A stretch of 64,000 nucleotides of DNA from Escherichia coli (GTDB lineage Bacteria > Pseudomonadota > Gammaproteobacteria > Enterobacterales > Enterobacteriaceae), in NCBI RefSeq assembly GCF_022493755.1, contig NZ_CP028767.1. One strand, written 5' to 3'. The notes under the pieces were generated by a model that worked only from the letters and a program-made list of their open reading frames with translations, had not been told where the DNA came from and did no database searches. Every line of letters starts with the position of its first letter. The stretch's first letter is position 1. Positions 19,404-29,600 of this stretch are shown piece by piece. Made by a program: the position numbers and the translations under genes.

Positions 19404-20462
19404 TTACGCTCCGGTTTCTGCTGCGGCGGCGCTGAAGTCACCAATCTGGATGTTTTCCACCAGTGCAGCGCAGCGATAGTCCTCAACCACATAGGCTTCG
19501 TTAACGGATTCAAAATTTTCAATCCGGTCACGTTTCGGGTTGTCGATAACTGAACGGCGGCGGGTATCTTCCTGCCAGTAGATGGACAGGTTATCCAGAC
19601 GGGTGATCAGCAGCGCATTCGGCGGGAAGAACGGCGCACGCACCGCCTGCAGGCCACCCATGCGTTTCTGACTGATGATCATATCGGCAGCCAGTTTTTC
19701 ACTGTTTTCCTGCTCTTTGTTGACCAGCGGGAAATACTTGTCAGACAGCAGTTCACGACCGCAAATCACCACCAGATCGTCATCGTCCTGGTAGACCACA
19801 TCGATAAGCTCATTGACGGCATCCATCACTACGGCGTCCAGGTTGGCATATTCGCCACCTTTCCCGACTTTCACCGCGCCCGGTGTGGTTTCACCGCCCG
19901 TGGTGGTGCTGCCCATGACGTGATCCGGTGCATCCTCACGGATTTTCTGCAGCCAGCCTTTGTTCACATCCTGCAGCAGCGGGTTTTCGCTACGGTTGGA
20001 GGTTTTCGCACGCTTCACGCCGTTAAAGCCGATCATGATGCGGTCCAGTGCCTGACGTTTCACGATGGCGTTACGGATACGCACCTGGAAATCCTGAAAC
20101 TTCGCCCACAGGTCCAGCTTCGCGTAGGTCAGCACCGTGTCAAAGTTGGTCTGTTCGCATTTGTATTCCACATCGACCATCAGCGTCGGATCGACAGGTT
20201 CTCGCTCTTTCGCGGTGGTATCAGTGGTTCCGGCAATGGTGCTGCCAACACCCAGCCCCAGCAACTGACCAGACTGCTCAGTCACTGGCGTGACGTTAAT
20301 CAGCGTCAGGAAAGCGGCGGACTGCTGGATCTGGTCTTCCAGCGTCTGCTGCACGGACGGCTCTACGGTGAACTTGCTGGACAGTTCTTCAACTGCCACA
20401 CCGTTCAGACGCGCCAGCTGCTGCAGGTAAGCGTTAAAAGCAAAGCGGGTATTCTTCTTCAT
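19404..20462 (-). CDS. Major capsid protein gpN-like
   Basis: 352 aa, P2 order. Confidence 0.9.
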   Translation of the reverse strand: MKKNTRFAFNAYLQQLARLNGVAVEELSSKFTVEPSVQQTLEDQIQQSAAFLTLINVTPVTEQSGQLLGLGVGSTIAGTTDTTAKEREPVDPTLMVDVEYKCEQTNFDTVLTYAKLDLWAKFQDFQVRIRNAIVKRQALDRIMIGFNGVKRAKTSNRSENPLLQDVNKGWLQKIREDAPDHVMGSTTTGGETTPGAVKVGKGGEYANLDAVVMDAVNELIDVVYQDDDDLVVICGRELLSDKYFPLVNKEQENSEKLAADMIISQKRMGGLQAVRAPFFPPNALLITRLDNLSIYWQEDTRRRSVIDNPKRDRIENFESVNEAYVVEDYRCAALVENIQIGDFSAAAAETGA

Positions 20463-20478
20463 CGGGTTTTGTGCTCCA

Positions 20479-21312
20479 TCAGCAATTGGTCAGAGTGTCA
20501 GCGGGGGCGTTACCGCCTGTTGCACGCTGGCGGTAGTCCTGGCGGCTGTCTTCATGACTCAGCTTATTCACCAGTTCGTTAAAGGCGGTCTGCTGTGCCT
20601 GCAGGGCAGTCTCCAGCTCAGACAGACGTTCTTCCTGCTCAGACAGGGATTTTTCGGTGCGTGCGCTCAGGTTTTGCTGCTCAGTGGCGACCAGCTCCAC
20701 GGCCTTATGCACATCAGAGAACCGGGCATCGTCGGACTGCTCTTTTTTGGTAAACAGCGCCGTGACACGGGCAAACAGGGACGGTTTGTCCTCCTGGATT
20801 TCTTCCAGTTCGATCACTGTTTCCTCTGCGGCGGTAAAGAGATTGGCGGGATTCTGCTTGCGGTTTGCCAGCGGGTTATGGGCTGCACTGGCGCTGAATG
20901 TCAGCATTTCCGTACCCAAACTGGCAGGGTCATCAGTGGCAGCCAGGCCGACCAGGTAGGCTTTGCCCGTATCAGCGAACTTCGGGCTGACTTCCATAGA
21001 GGTGAATAATTTCTGGCCTTTTTTCACCAATTCCACCAGGGACTCCGTTGGCTCAACGTCGGCATACAGCGCCATCTTGCCTGCCAGCGGGCCTTCCGTG
21101 ATTTCTTCAGCAAACAGCGCCGTCACCTTGCCGTAACGGTTAAAGGTGCTGTCCGGGAGATAAGACTTGATGTGCTCAAGGTTAATCAGCGCGGTATACA
21201 CCGCCGGGTTGTAGCTGGCTGCCATCTGTTCCAGCCATTCACGCTGGATTTCGCGTCCGTCGGTGGTGGCACCTTCCACCCCGATGCGAAAACGCTTTGC
21301 TTTCACTGTCAT
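20479..21312 (-). CDS. Capsid scaffold protein gpO-like
   Basis: 277 aa, acidic coiled-coil C-terminus, divergent from P. Confidence 0.85.
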   Translation of the reverse strand: MTVKAKRFRIGVEGATTDGREIQREWLEQMAASYNPAVYTALINLEHIKSYLPDSTFNRYGKVTALFAEEITEGPLAGKMALYADVEPTESLVELVKKGQKLFTSMEVSPKFADTGKAYLVGLAATDDPASLGTEMLTFSASAAHNPLANRKQNPANLFTAAEETVIELEEIQEDKPSLFARVTALFTKKEQSDDARFSDVHKAVELVATEQQNLSARTEKSLSEQEERLSELETALQAQQTAFNELVNKLSHEDSRQDYRQRATGGNAPADTLTNC

Positions 21313-21390
21313 GAGCCGTGCTCCGTTAGAAATAACTTACTGGAGCCTTATGGTTGCGGTGATGGGGGCAGTGAAACAATGCGCGGTATT

Positions 21391-21408
21391 TGTACCGACA
21401 ACCACACA
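21391..21408. promoter_or_regulatory. Ogr-type late promoter dyad (TGT-N12-ACA) in the divergent O/P region
   Basis: TGTACCGACAACCACACA within the 142-bp intergenic region. Confidence 0.45.
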
Positions 21409-21454
21409 AACCGCAGGCGGGGAAAGCCTTCATTCAAGGCTGTAGGTTTGTGCC

Positions 21455-23221
21455 ATGAACACCACACTGACACCCGCAGATCTCGATCCCCGTCGGCAGG
21501 CCATGCTGCTGTACTTTCAGGGATACCGCGTAGCCCGCATTGCTGAAATGCTGGGCGAGAAAGTTGCAACCGTTCACAGCTGGAAGAAACGCGACAAGTG
21601 GGGTGACTATGGGCCGCTGGATCAGATGCAGCTCACCACCGCCGCACGTTACTGCCAGCTCATTATGAAGGAGCACAAAGAAGGGAAAGATTTCAAAGAA
21701 ATTGACCTGCTGGCGCGCCAGTCGGAGCGCCACGCGCGGATCGGCAAGTTTAACAATGGCGGCAACGAAGCCGACTTAAACCCTAACGTCGCCAACCGCA
21801 ACAAAGGCCCGCGCCGTCAGCCGGAAAAGAATGTTTTCACCGATGAACAGATAGAGAAACTGGAAGAAATCTTCCATTCCTCCATGTTCAACTACCAGCG
21901 CCACTGGTGGGAAGCCGGAAAAACCAACCGCATCCGCAACCTGCTGAAGTCACGCCAGATCGGCGCGACCTTTTACTTTGCCCGTGAAGCCCTGATTGAC
22001 GCCCTGCTTACCGGACGTAACCAGATTTTCCTTTCTGCCAGTAAGGCACAGGCTCACGTCTTTAAGCAGTACATCATCGACTTCGCCAAAGAAGTCGAGG
22101 TGGAGCTGAAAGGCGATCCGATGGTGCTTCCTAACGGGGCCACGCTTTACTTCCTCGGCACCAATGCCCGCACGGCGCAGAGTTACCACGGCAACCTGTA
22201 TCTGGATGAATATTTCTGGATACCGAAATTCCAGGAGTTGCGCAAAGTGGCTTCCGGTATGGCTATTCACAAGAAATGGCGACAAACCTATTTTTCCACG
22301 CCATCCAGCCTGACCCACAGTGCTTATCCGTTCTGGTCCGGTGCGCTGTTCAACCGTGGACGCAACAAAGCTGACAAGGTGGACATCGACCTGTCCCACA
22401 GCAATCTGGCCCCCGGCCTGCTGTGCGCAGACGGGCAATACCGCCAGATAGTCACCGTGGAAGATGCGGTGCGCGGCGGCTGTAACCTGTTCGACCTCGA
22501 CCAGCTGCGCATGGAGTACAGCCCGGACGAATACCAGAACCTGCTGATGTGCGAGTTCGTGGACGATCTCGCGTCCGTGTTCCCGCTCAGCGAACTGCAG
22601 GCGTGCATGGTGGACAGCTGGGAAGTCTGGACCGACTTTCATGCACTGGCCCTGCGCCCGTTTGGCTGGCGCGAAGTGTGGATCGGTTATGACCCGGCAA
22701 AAGGTACGCAGAACGGCGACAGTGCCGGATGCGTGGTGGTGGCTCCGCCAGCCGTGCCGGGTGGTAAGTTCCGCATTCTTGAGCGTCACCAGTGGCGCGG
22801 GATGGACTTCCGCGCCCAGGCTGACGCCATCAAAAAACTGACCGAACAGTATAACGTGACCTATATCGGTATCGACTCGACCGGCGTCGGTCACGGGGTT
22901 TACGAGAACGTGAAAGCGTTTTTTCCTGCTGTCCGGGAGTTTGTCTATAACCCCAACGTTAAAAACGCCCTGGTACTCAAGGCCTACGACATTATCAGCC
23001 ACCGCCGTCTGGAGTTTGACGCCGGGCACACCGACATTGCGCAGTCATTTATGGCAATCCGTCGCGCTACCACTGCCAGTGGCAACCGCCCGACCTATGA
23101 AGCCAGCCGCAGCGAAGAAGCCAGCCATGCCGATCTGGCCTGGGCAACAATGCACGCACTGTTTAACGAACCGCTGCAGGGCGAGTCCGCCAATACCAGC
23201 AATATTGTGGAGATTTTTTGA
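21455..23221 (+). CDS. Terminase large (ATPase) subunit gpP-like
   Basis: 588 aa, P2-type arrangement. Confidence 0.9.
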   Translation: MNTTLTPADLDPRRQAMLLYFQGYRVARIAEMLGEKVATVHSWKKRDKWGDYGPLDQMQLTTAARYCQLIMKEHKEGKDFKEIDLLARQSERHARIGKFNNGGNEADLNPNVANRNKGPRRQPEKNVFTDEQIEKLEEIFHSSMFNYQRHWWEAGKTNRIRNLLKSRQIGATFYFAREALIDALLTGRNQIFLSASKAQAHVFKQYIIDFAKEVEVELKGDPMVLPNGATLYFLGTNARTAQSYHGNLYLDEYFWIPKFQELRKVASGMAIHKKWRQTYFSTPSSLTHSAYPFWSGALFNRGRNKADKVDIDLSHSNLAPGLLCADGQYRQIVTVEDAVRGGCNLFDLDQLRMEYSPDEYQNLLMCEFVDDLASVFPLSELQACMVDSWEVWTDFHALALRPFGWREVWIGYDPAKGTQNGDSAGCVVVAPPAVPGGKFRILERHQWRGMDFRAQADAIKKLTEQYNVTYIGIDSTGVGHGVYENVKAFFPAVREFVYNPNVKNALVLKAYDIISHRRLEFDAGHTDIAQSFMAIRRATTASGNRPTYEASRSEEASHADLAWATMHALFNEPLQGESANTSNIVEIF

Positions 23222-24255
23222 TGGGAAAGAGTAAGAAGAACCGCGCTGCGTCGACGAAACAGATCCAGCATAAAAGCCAGACTTCAGCCGAAGCATTCAG
23301 CTTCGGTGATCCCGTTCCTGTTCTGGACCGCCGCGAACTGCTGGACTATGTGGAATGCGTACAGATGGATCGTTGGTACGAGCCGCCTGTGAGTTTCGAC
23401 GGACTGGCGCGAACCTTCCGCGCCGCCGTGCATCACAGCTCACCGATTGCAGTGAAGTGCAACATTCTGACCAGCACCTACATCCCTCACCCGCTGCTCA
23501 GCCAGCAGGCTTTTTCGCGTTTTGTACAGGACTATCTGGTTTTTGGTAACGCCTACCTGGAGAAACGCACAAACCGCTTCGGTGAAGTTATCGCCCTTGA
23601 GCCTGCACTGGCAAAATACACCCGACGCGGGTTAGACCTTGATACCTACTGGTTTGTGCAATACGGCATGACTACGCAGCCGTATCAGTTCACGAAAGGC
23701 AACATTTTTCATCTGATGGAACCGGACATCAACCAGGAGATCTACGGCCTGCCTGGTTATCTTTCTGCCATTCCGTCAGCTCTGCTCAACGAGTCCGCCA
23801 CGCTGTTCCGCCGCAAGTATTACATTAACGGCAGTCATGCAGGCTTCATCATGTACATGACCGATGCAGCGCAGAACCAGGAGGATGTGAACAACCTCCG
23901 CAACGCGATGAAAAGCGCCAAAGGTCCTGGTAACTTCCGTAACCTGTTTATGTACTCGCCTAACGGTAAAAAGGACGGGCTTCAGATTATCCCGTTGTCA
24001 GAAGTGGCGGCGAAGGATGAGTTCCTGAATATCAAGAACGTGAGCCGGGACGACATGATGGCGGCGCATCGTGTGCCGCCACAAATGATGGGGATAATGC
24101 CTAATAATGTCGGGGGGTTTGGGGATGTGGAGAAGGCCAGTCGCGTATTTGTACGTAATGAATTAACGCCCTTGCAAAAAAGGCTACAAGAGCTGAACGA
24201 CTGGCTGGGCGAAGAAGTGATTAAATTTACGCCCTATATTCTTTCAGAAGAATAA
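23218..24255 (+). CDS. Portal protein gpQ-like
   Basis: 345 aa, overlaps the P stop. Confidence 0.9.
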   Translation: MMGKSKKNRAASTKQIQHKSQTSAEAFSFGDPVPVLDRRELLDYVECVQMDRWYEPPVSFDGLARTFRAAVHHSSPIAVKCNILTSTYIPHPLLSQQAFSRFVQDYLVFGNAYLEKRTNRFGEVIALEPALAKYTRRGLDLDTYWFVQYGMTTQPYQFTKGNIFHLMEPDINQEIYGLPGYLSAIPSALLNESATLFRRKYYINGSHAGFIMYMTDAAQNQEDVNNLRNAMKSAKGPGNFRNLFMYSPNGKKDGLQIIPLSEVAAKDEFLNIKNVSRDDMMAAHRVPPQMMGIMPNNVGGFGDVEKASRVFVRNELTPLQKRLQELNDWLGEEVIKFTPYILSEE

Positions 24256-24263
24256 TTCCGAAC

Positions 24264-24722
24264 TTATTTGTTTCTTCTTTGTTCACGCCTTGTCTTGGCT
24301 TCGATAAGGCGTTGAGGTTCAGTGTAAAGCCGTTCTAAAAAAAGATAGGTAAAATCTTCAAGATCCTCAGCAGCAGCTTTATCCAAAATACCTTCATGCG
24401 CTCCATCATTTCCGTCATCTTTAACGCATTCAGCTAGTTCCCTTAAAGCTTCAGGCAGTAGATGATTATCAAATAACCACTCCATTCTTAACCCTAGGCT
24501 TCTCCTTATTTTTTGCGCAGGCCCTTGCTCCCCATCAGGAAGAAGTCCTTTTGTGGCATAATCAAGGCAAAGCCTAAACATGGTTGCTGCTGCATTATAA
24601 CAACCTATAGCCAAACATTTCGCCCCTTCCTCATATGCACTATTGATATGCTCAGGTAAGAACTCTGGTGGCTCCTCTACTGCTAAGTCTGCCGGTGATA
24701 TAGGCCTAACAACCTCTGCAAC
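24264..24722 (-). pseudogene. C-terminal fragment of a gene of unknown function (possibly DUF4145/Abi-like), truncated by IS3
   Basis: Frame is open from the IS3 boundary at 24722 down to the stop at 24264. Confidence 0.55.
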
Positions 24723-24752
24723 TGATCCTACCCACGTAATATGGACACAGGC

Positions 24753-25619
24753 CTAAGCGAGGTTCTTGTTTTCAAATTGTTCCGGACTGAGGCCGCCACA
24801 CCAACTGTGCCGCCGCCACCGATTGTAATCACATTCGATATAATTAAACACCGTTGCCCGCATTATTTCCCGGCTGATAAAGTGTTCTCCATGGATACAT
24901 TCCACTTTCAGCGAATGAAAGAAGCTTTCCACGCAGGCATTATCGTAGCAGCAACCTTTTGCGCTCATACTTCCACGCAGATTATGCCGCTTCAGTTGCG
25001 CCTGATAATCTGCTGAACAGTACTGGCCTCCACGGTCCGTGTGAACGATAACGTTCCGGGGCCTCTTACGCCGCCACAGCGCCATCTGCAGGGCATCGCA
25101 GGCCAGTTGCGCCGTCATGCGTGGCGACATTGACCAGCCAATAACGGCACGTGACCACAGGTCAATGACCACTGCCAGATACAGCCAGCCTTCATCTGTA
25201 CGTAAGTACGTGATGTCTCCTGCCCACTTCTGGTTCGGGCCACTGGCGTAAAAATCCTGCTCCAACAGATTTTCTGACACAGGCAGGCCGTGTGCGCGGT
25301 AGCTGACCGGGCTGAACTTCCGGGAGGCCTTTGCCCTCAGTCCCTGACGGCGCAGGCTTGCCGCCACGGTTTTTACGTTAAAGGGGTAACCCTGAGCACG
25401 CAGTTCATCCGTCAGGCGTGGGGCACCGTAACGCTGTTTTGACCGGGTAAAAGCCGCGAGGACAACGCTGTCGCAGTGTTGGCGGAACTGCTGACGCGTG
25501 CTTATCCTTGTCCGCCGCTGACACCACGTATACCAGCCGCTGCGGGCCACCCGGAGCACGCGGCACATTGCTTTGATGCTGAACTCAGCCTGATGTTTTT
25601 CAATAAAGACATACTTCAT
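24753..25619 (-). CDS. insF: IS3 transposase OrfB (InsF)
   Basis: 288 aa with DDE motif region. Confidence 0.9.
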
Positions 25620-25924
25620 TTCAGGCGCTTCGCGAAGTATGTCGCGGCCTTTTGGAGGATAGCCAGCTCTTCATCCCGTTCTGCCAGCTGGCGTTTGAGA
25701 CGTGCAATCTCGGTAGACATCTCCAGTTCACGTTCAGAAGACGTCTGCTGATTTTGCTGTTTACTGCGCCAGTTGTAGAGCTGTGATTCATACAGGCTGA
25801 GTTCACGGGCTGCGGCAGTAACACCGATGCGTTCAGCAAGCTTCAGGGCTTCACTGCGAAATTCAGGCGAATGCTGTTTACGGGGTTTTTTACTGGTTGA
25901 TACTGTTTTTGTCATGTGAGTCAC
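25616..25924 (-). CDS. insE: IS3 OrfA (InsE)
   Basis: HTH and leucine-zipper protein upstream of OrfB. Confidence 0.9.
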
Positions 25925-25980
25925 CTCTGACTGAGAGTTTACTCACTTAGCCGCGTGTCCACTATTGCTGGGTAAGATCA

Positions 25981-26177
25981 CATAGGGGGCCACCCCCTCG
26001 GCTTTAAGTACACCGTCATAACCTCTAACCTGTCCCTTATCACCATTAGGAAATCTAATTTCAGTAATACTGTTAGCCGTTGCACGTATAAGATCAGCGA
26101 TTAGTGCTGGAAAAATAACTTTTGCAGGAATAGAATCTGCCCATTGCTGAAGGTTAAGTGCTTTTTATCCATTTCAT
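25981..26177 (-). pseudogene. N-terminal fragment of the IS3-disrupted gene, also frameshifted in an A5 run
   Basis: ATG at 26175-26177 with GGAG RBS opens a frame that stops after 7 codons; the long open frame lies in the adjacent frame. Confidence 0.4.
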
Positions 26178-26644
26178 ATTGGTACTCCACCCAATAAAAT
26201 TTTAAACAACCAAATCTAAAAAAAACTAATATTAAAAATTCATTTTTAATGTACACAAAATGCTAACAAAATTGCTAAAGAGTAAAAAATCAGGACTTAT
26301 TTATTGATCTTAAACATTAGCCAAATTTTTAAACTCGCACTAAACCACCTCAAGAATAAAAAATCATCAAGTTAGTGGAACTTTTTGCACCTAGAATGCT
26401 CGTTAACCTCACAGTCATATAAAGCATGAGCCTGTCCTTTGTTCATACTAGACCTTAGTTTCATACATACTGATAGCTCTACGTAAAAGTAGGTATGATC
26501 GACATCACAGTTCTGAGTCAGAACATCTTAACCAATTGAAGTGGATGGTTTTAATTGTAAATGTTCAGCGGACATCTCTTCCCTCATTGGTTAGACTAAG
26601 AGCAACTTTTTCTATGGTCGCAATATCTTTTATAGGGTTTAAAA

Positions 26645-29600
26645 GTGGCAATCTTTGACATTGAAAAGGACGAATTACTTCGGCTCTCCGATATCCAGCT
26701 GGAAGAGCTGATCGCTCGGCTAGCAGAAGCTGAAGTGGCAATGCACGGCCATAGCCCAGCATGTGTAAATTGGTCTGGTTCAATTACAGCCCCTGACGGA
26801 GGAATTGACATCCATGTTCAGGTTCCAATTGATCAACTGAAAGCAGGCTTTCTTGTAAGACCTGATACGGTCTTTCAGGCAAAGAAACATAAGATGCCTA
26901 AGTCTGCAATTGAGAGGGAAATTGGCACCGGCAAAGCACTTTCTCCCATCATTTCTGAACAAGCCAGAAAGCAAGGCAGTTACATCATTGTCAGCCTGGG
27001 TGATGATTGCTCGCCGTCAGGAAAGAAGGATCGTCTCAAAGCGATGAGGGATGCAGTAAAAGATGATCCTAACGAAAGTTATCTTCATCTTGATTTCTAC
27101 GACCGCTCCAAACTCATCCAATGGTTGCGCCAACATCCATCAGTCATGCTGTGGGTAAAAGCAAAGCTTGGGCAAGGGTATTCCGGTTGGCAACCCTACG
27201 GAGCCTGGAGCAATCCACCACAAGGTGTTATAGACACTTTAATCTCAGCCCCAGGCGTAACCATTACTTTACCATCGGGAAAGGGGCAAAAACTCAAAAT
27301 TGATGAAGCAATTAACCCAATGCGAGCACTGATCCGTTCGACAAACAAGGCTGTTCGTATTACAGGATTGTCTGGTGTTGGGAAGACTCGAATCGTTCAG
27401 GCGCTCTTTGATGAAACTGTTGGAACAGATGCGCTTGACCGAACAGTAGCTATTTATGTTGATACTGGCTATGAGCCAGTACCGTCGGCTACAGCAATGC
27501 TTGATAACCTGCTCGCTGAAGGCCGGCGAGCAATTATGATCCTTGATAATTGCCCATCAGAACTCCATGCTTCGCTTGCCAGCAAAGTATCAGCCGCAGG
27601 GAAAGAAGTAAGTCTCATCACGATCGAGTACGACATTAGGGATGACAAACCACAGACAACTGAGGTCATCCACATTGAGACAGATGGTCCAGACGTGGCA
27701 GAGCAACTTCTTATCCGTCGCTTCCCTTCTATTGGTCAGAATAATGCCCGTCGGATTGCAGAGTTCGCAGATGGGAATGCAAGAGTGGCTTTGGCTATAG
27801 CGGAAAGAGTGGAAGAAGGTGAGAGTTTAGCCCTACTTTCAGATGCGCAGTTGTTTAATCGCTTGTTTGAACAACGTAATCATCCCGACGGCCATTTACG
27901 GGAGCAAGCTGAAATATTGTCACTGGTGTATTCGTTCTCGATATCTAGTCCAGATGCAGCTACCGATGAACTGGAAATATTGGGTGTGCTCTCTGGGTAT
28001 CCCAAAATCCAGTTATTCAAAGCTGTTACGAAGTTGATGGAACGTCACATTGTTCAGAAAAGATCCCACTGGAGAGCCATCCTTCCCCATGCCATTGCTA
28101 ACAAGTTGGCAGCATCTGCACTTAATAGTATTCCGATTGATCAACTTAGAACGACCTTTGAAGCTCCGGATCGGCAACGATTATTGATGTCGTTCGCGCA
28201 CAGGTTGGGACTATTGCATAGCCATGCTGTGGCTAAAGAGATTGTTGAAGCTTGGTTACAGCCCGAAGGGCTGCTTGGAAAAATAATAGACCTAGATGAT
28301 GTATCGACACGCATTCTAAATTATATCGCTCCAGTTGCCCCAGGAGCTTTGCTTGAGAGGATTGAAGAAACGCTTGTTACGTCTAATTTTGAGCATTTTA
28401 AATCACGCTACAACCCACAACGAACAGCAATTATCAAATTGTTGCAGTTACTTGCATATGAATCGAAATACTTTGAACGATGCATTAAGCTCTTAATCCG
28501 TATCGCAGACCAGGAAAGCGCGAGCAATAATTATGATTCGGCTCGAAATAAGATAAAGAGGTTTTTCCAACCTTATCTATCCGGTACCCATGCCTCTTTA
28601 GAACAACGTGTTGCGATCATGAATGAATGCATTGATTCAAGTATGGCCGAACGTAGAAGGATGGGGATCGAAATGCTTGAAACTGCTCTCGGCGGACCTC
28701 CGTGGACAGGATTCGGAATTAATGAGTTTGGTGCTAGGCCAAGAGATTATGGATTTCGACCCAGTTACGATGAACTTGTTGCGTGGCTATTCGCCTTCAT
28801 CGATATTTTGGTGAGATTAGGAACCTCAGGAGTGCCCGAGCTTGAAGATGATGCCAGGCGGATCTTGGCTGATAAATTTCGCTGGATTTGGCGTCATGGA
28901 GGAATAAGGTCAAAATTAATTGATGCGGCTCGTAAGTTACATGCCCATCGCCCTTGGGGTGAAGGCTGGAAAGCTGTCCGCTCAACAATCTACTTTTTCC
29001 ATACAAAAAGAAAAGATAACGAAGACGTAGAACCATTGCCGGAAATACTTGTGACATTGGAACGAGAATTAGAACCTAAAGACTTGGTTTCGGCAATCAT
29101 GGCTTATGTACTCAGTAATAGGCGCGATTTTTGGGCTCTAGATGCTGATTATGAGCACCAAGGAACTAATAAATTCAGTGAAATCAGGAAAATACTTTGT
29201 GCCAAAGCTTTCAAGTTGGGGCACGAATTTGCAGTATCTTCCCATGGACTTGATGAGTTGTGCCCTAATCTTTTTTTGCGGGATGGAATGCCGTATCGCG
29301 TCGAATTTGGTAAAGGCTTAGCTAACGGGGCTCCTGACCTACGAATTTATTGGCAACAACTAGTCATTCAATTGGATCTACAACACAAATCTCAACGTGA
29401 TGTTTCGGTCATTCGAGGTTTCATTGAAGAGACTCATTCTATCGATTCAGCATTAGCGCAGGAACTGCTCGATCAGTGTGCACAACATTCCGAACTTCGA
29501 TTCGAATTAGTCAACCTTCATCCTTGGCAGGAGTTTACTGAAATCGATCTGGATCGTTGCATGTCGCTTCTGGATGACTCTGACATACAGCCCCATATGT

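Larger units (their letters stand above)
24723..25980 (-). mobile_element. IS3 (1258 bp), complete
   Basis: Termini TGATCC...GGTAAGATCA, length 1258 bp, encodes InsE and InsF; no 3-bp target duplication at the flanks. Confidence 0.9.

Noticed and set aside
21950-23029. 359-aa ORF antisense to the terminase large subunit gene
   Set aside because: Shadow ORF; the plus-strand P gene is clearly the coding one.
26565-26974. Short minus-strand ORFs over the 5' end of the NTPase gene
   Set aside because: They overlap a well-supported long ORF and have no coding features.
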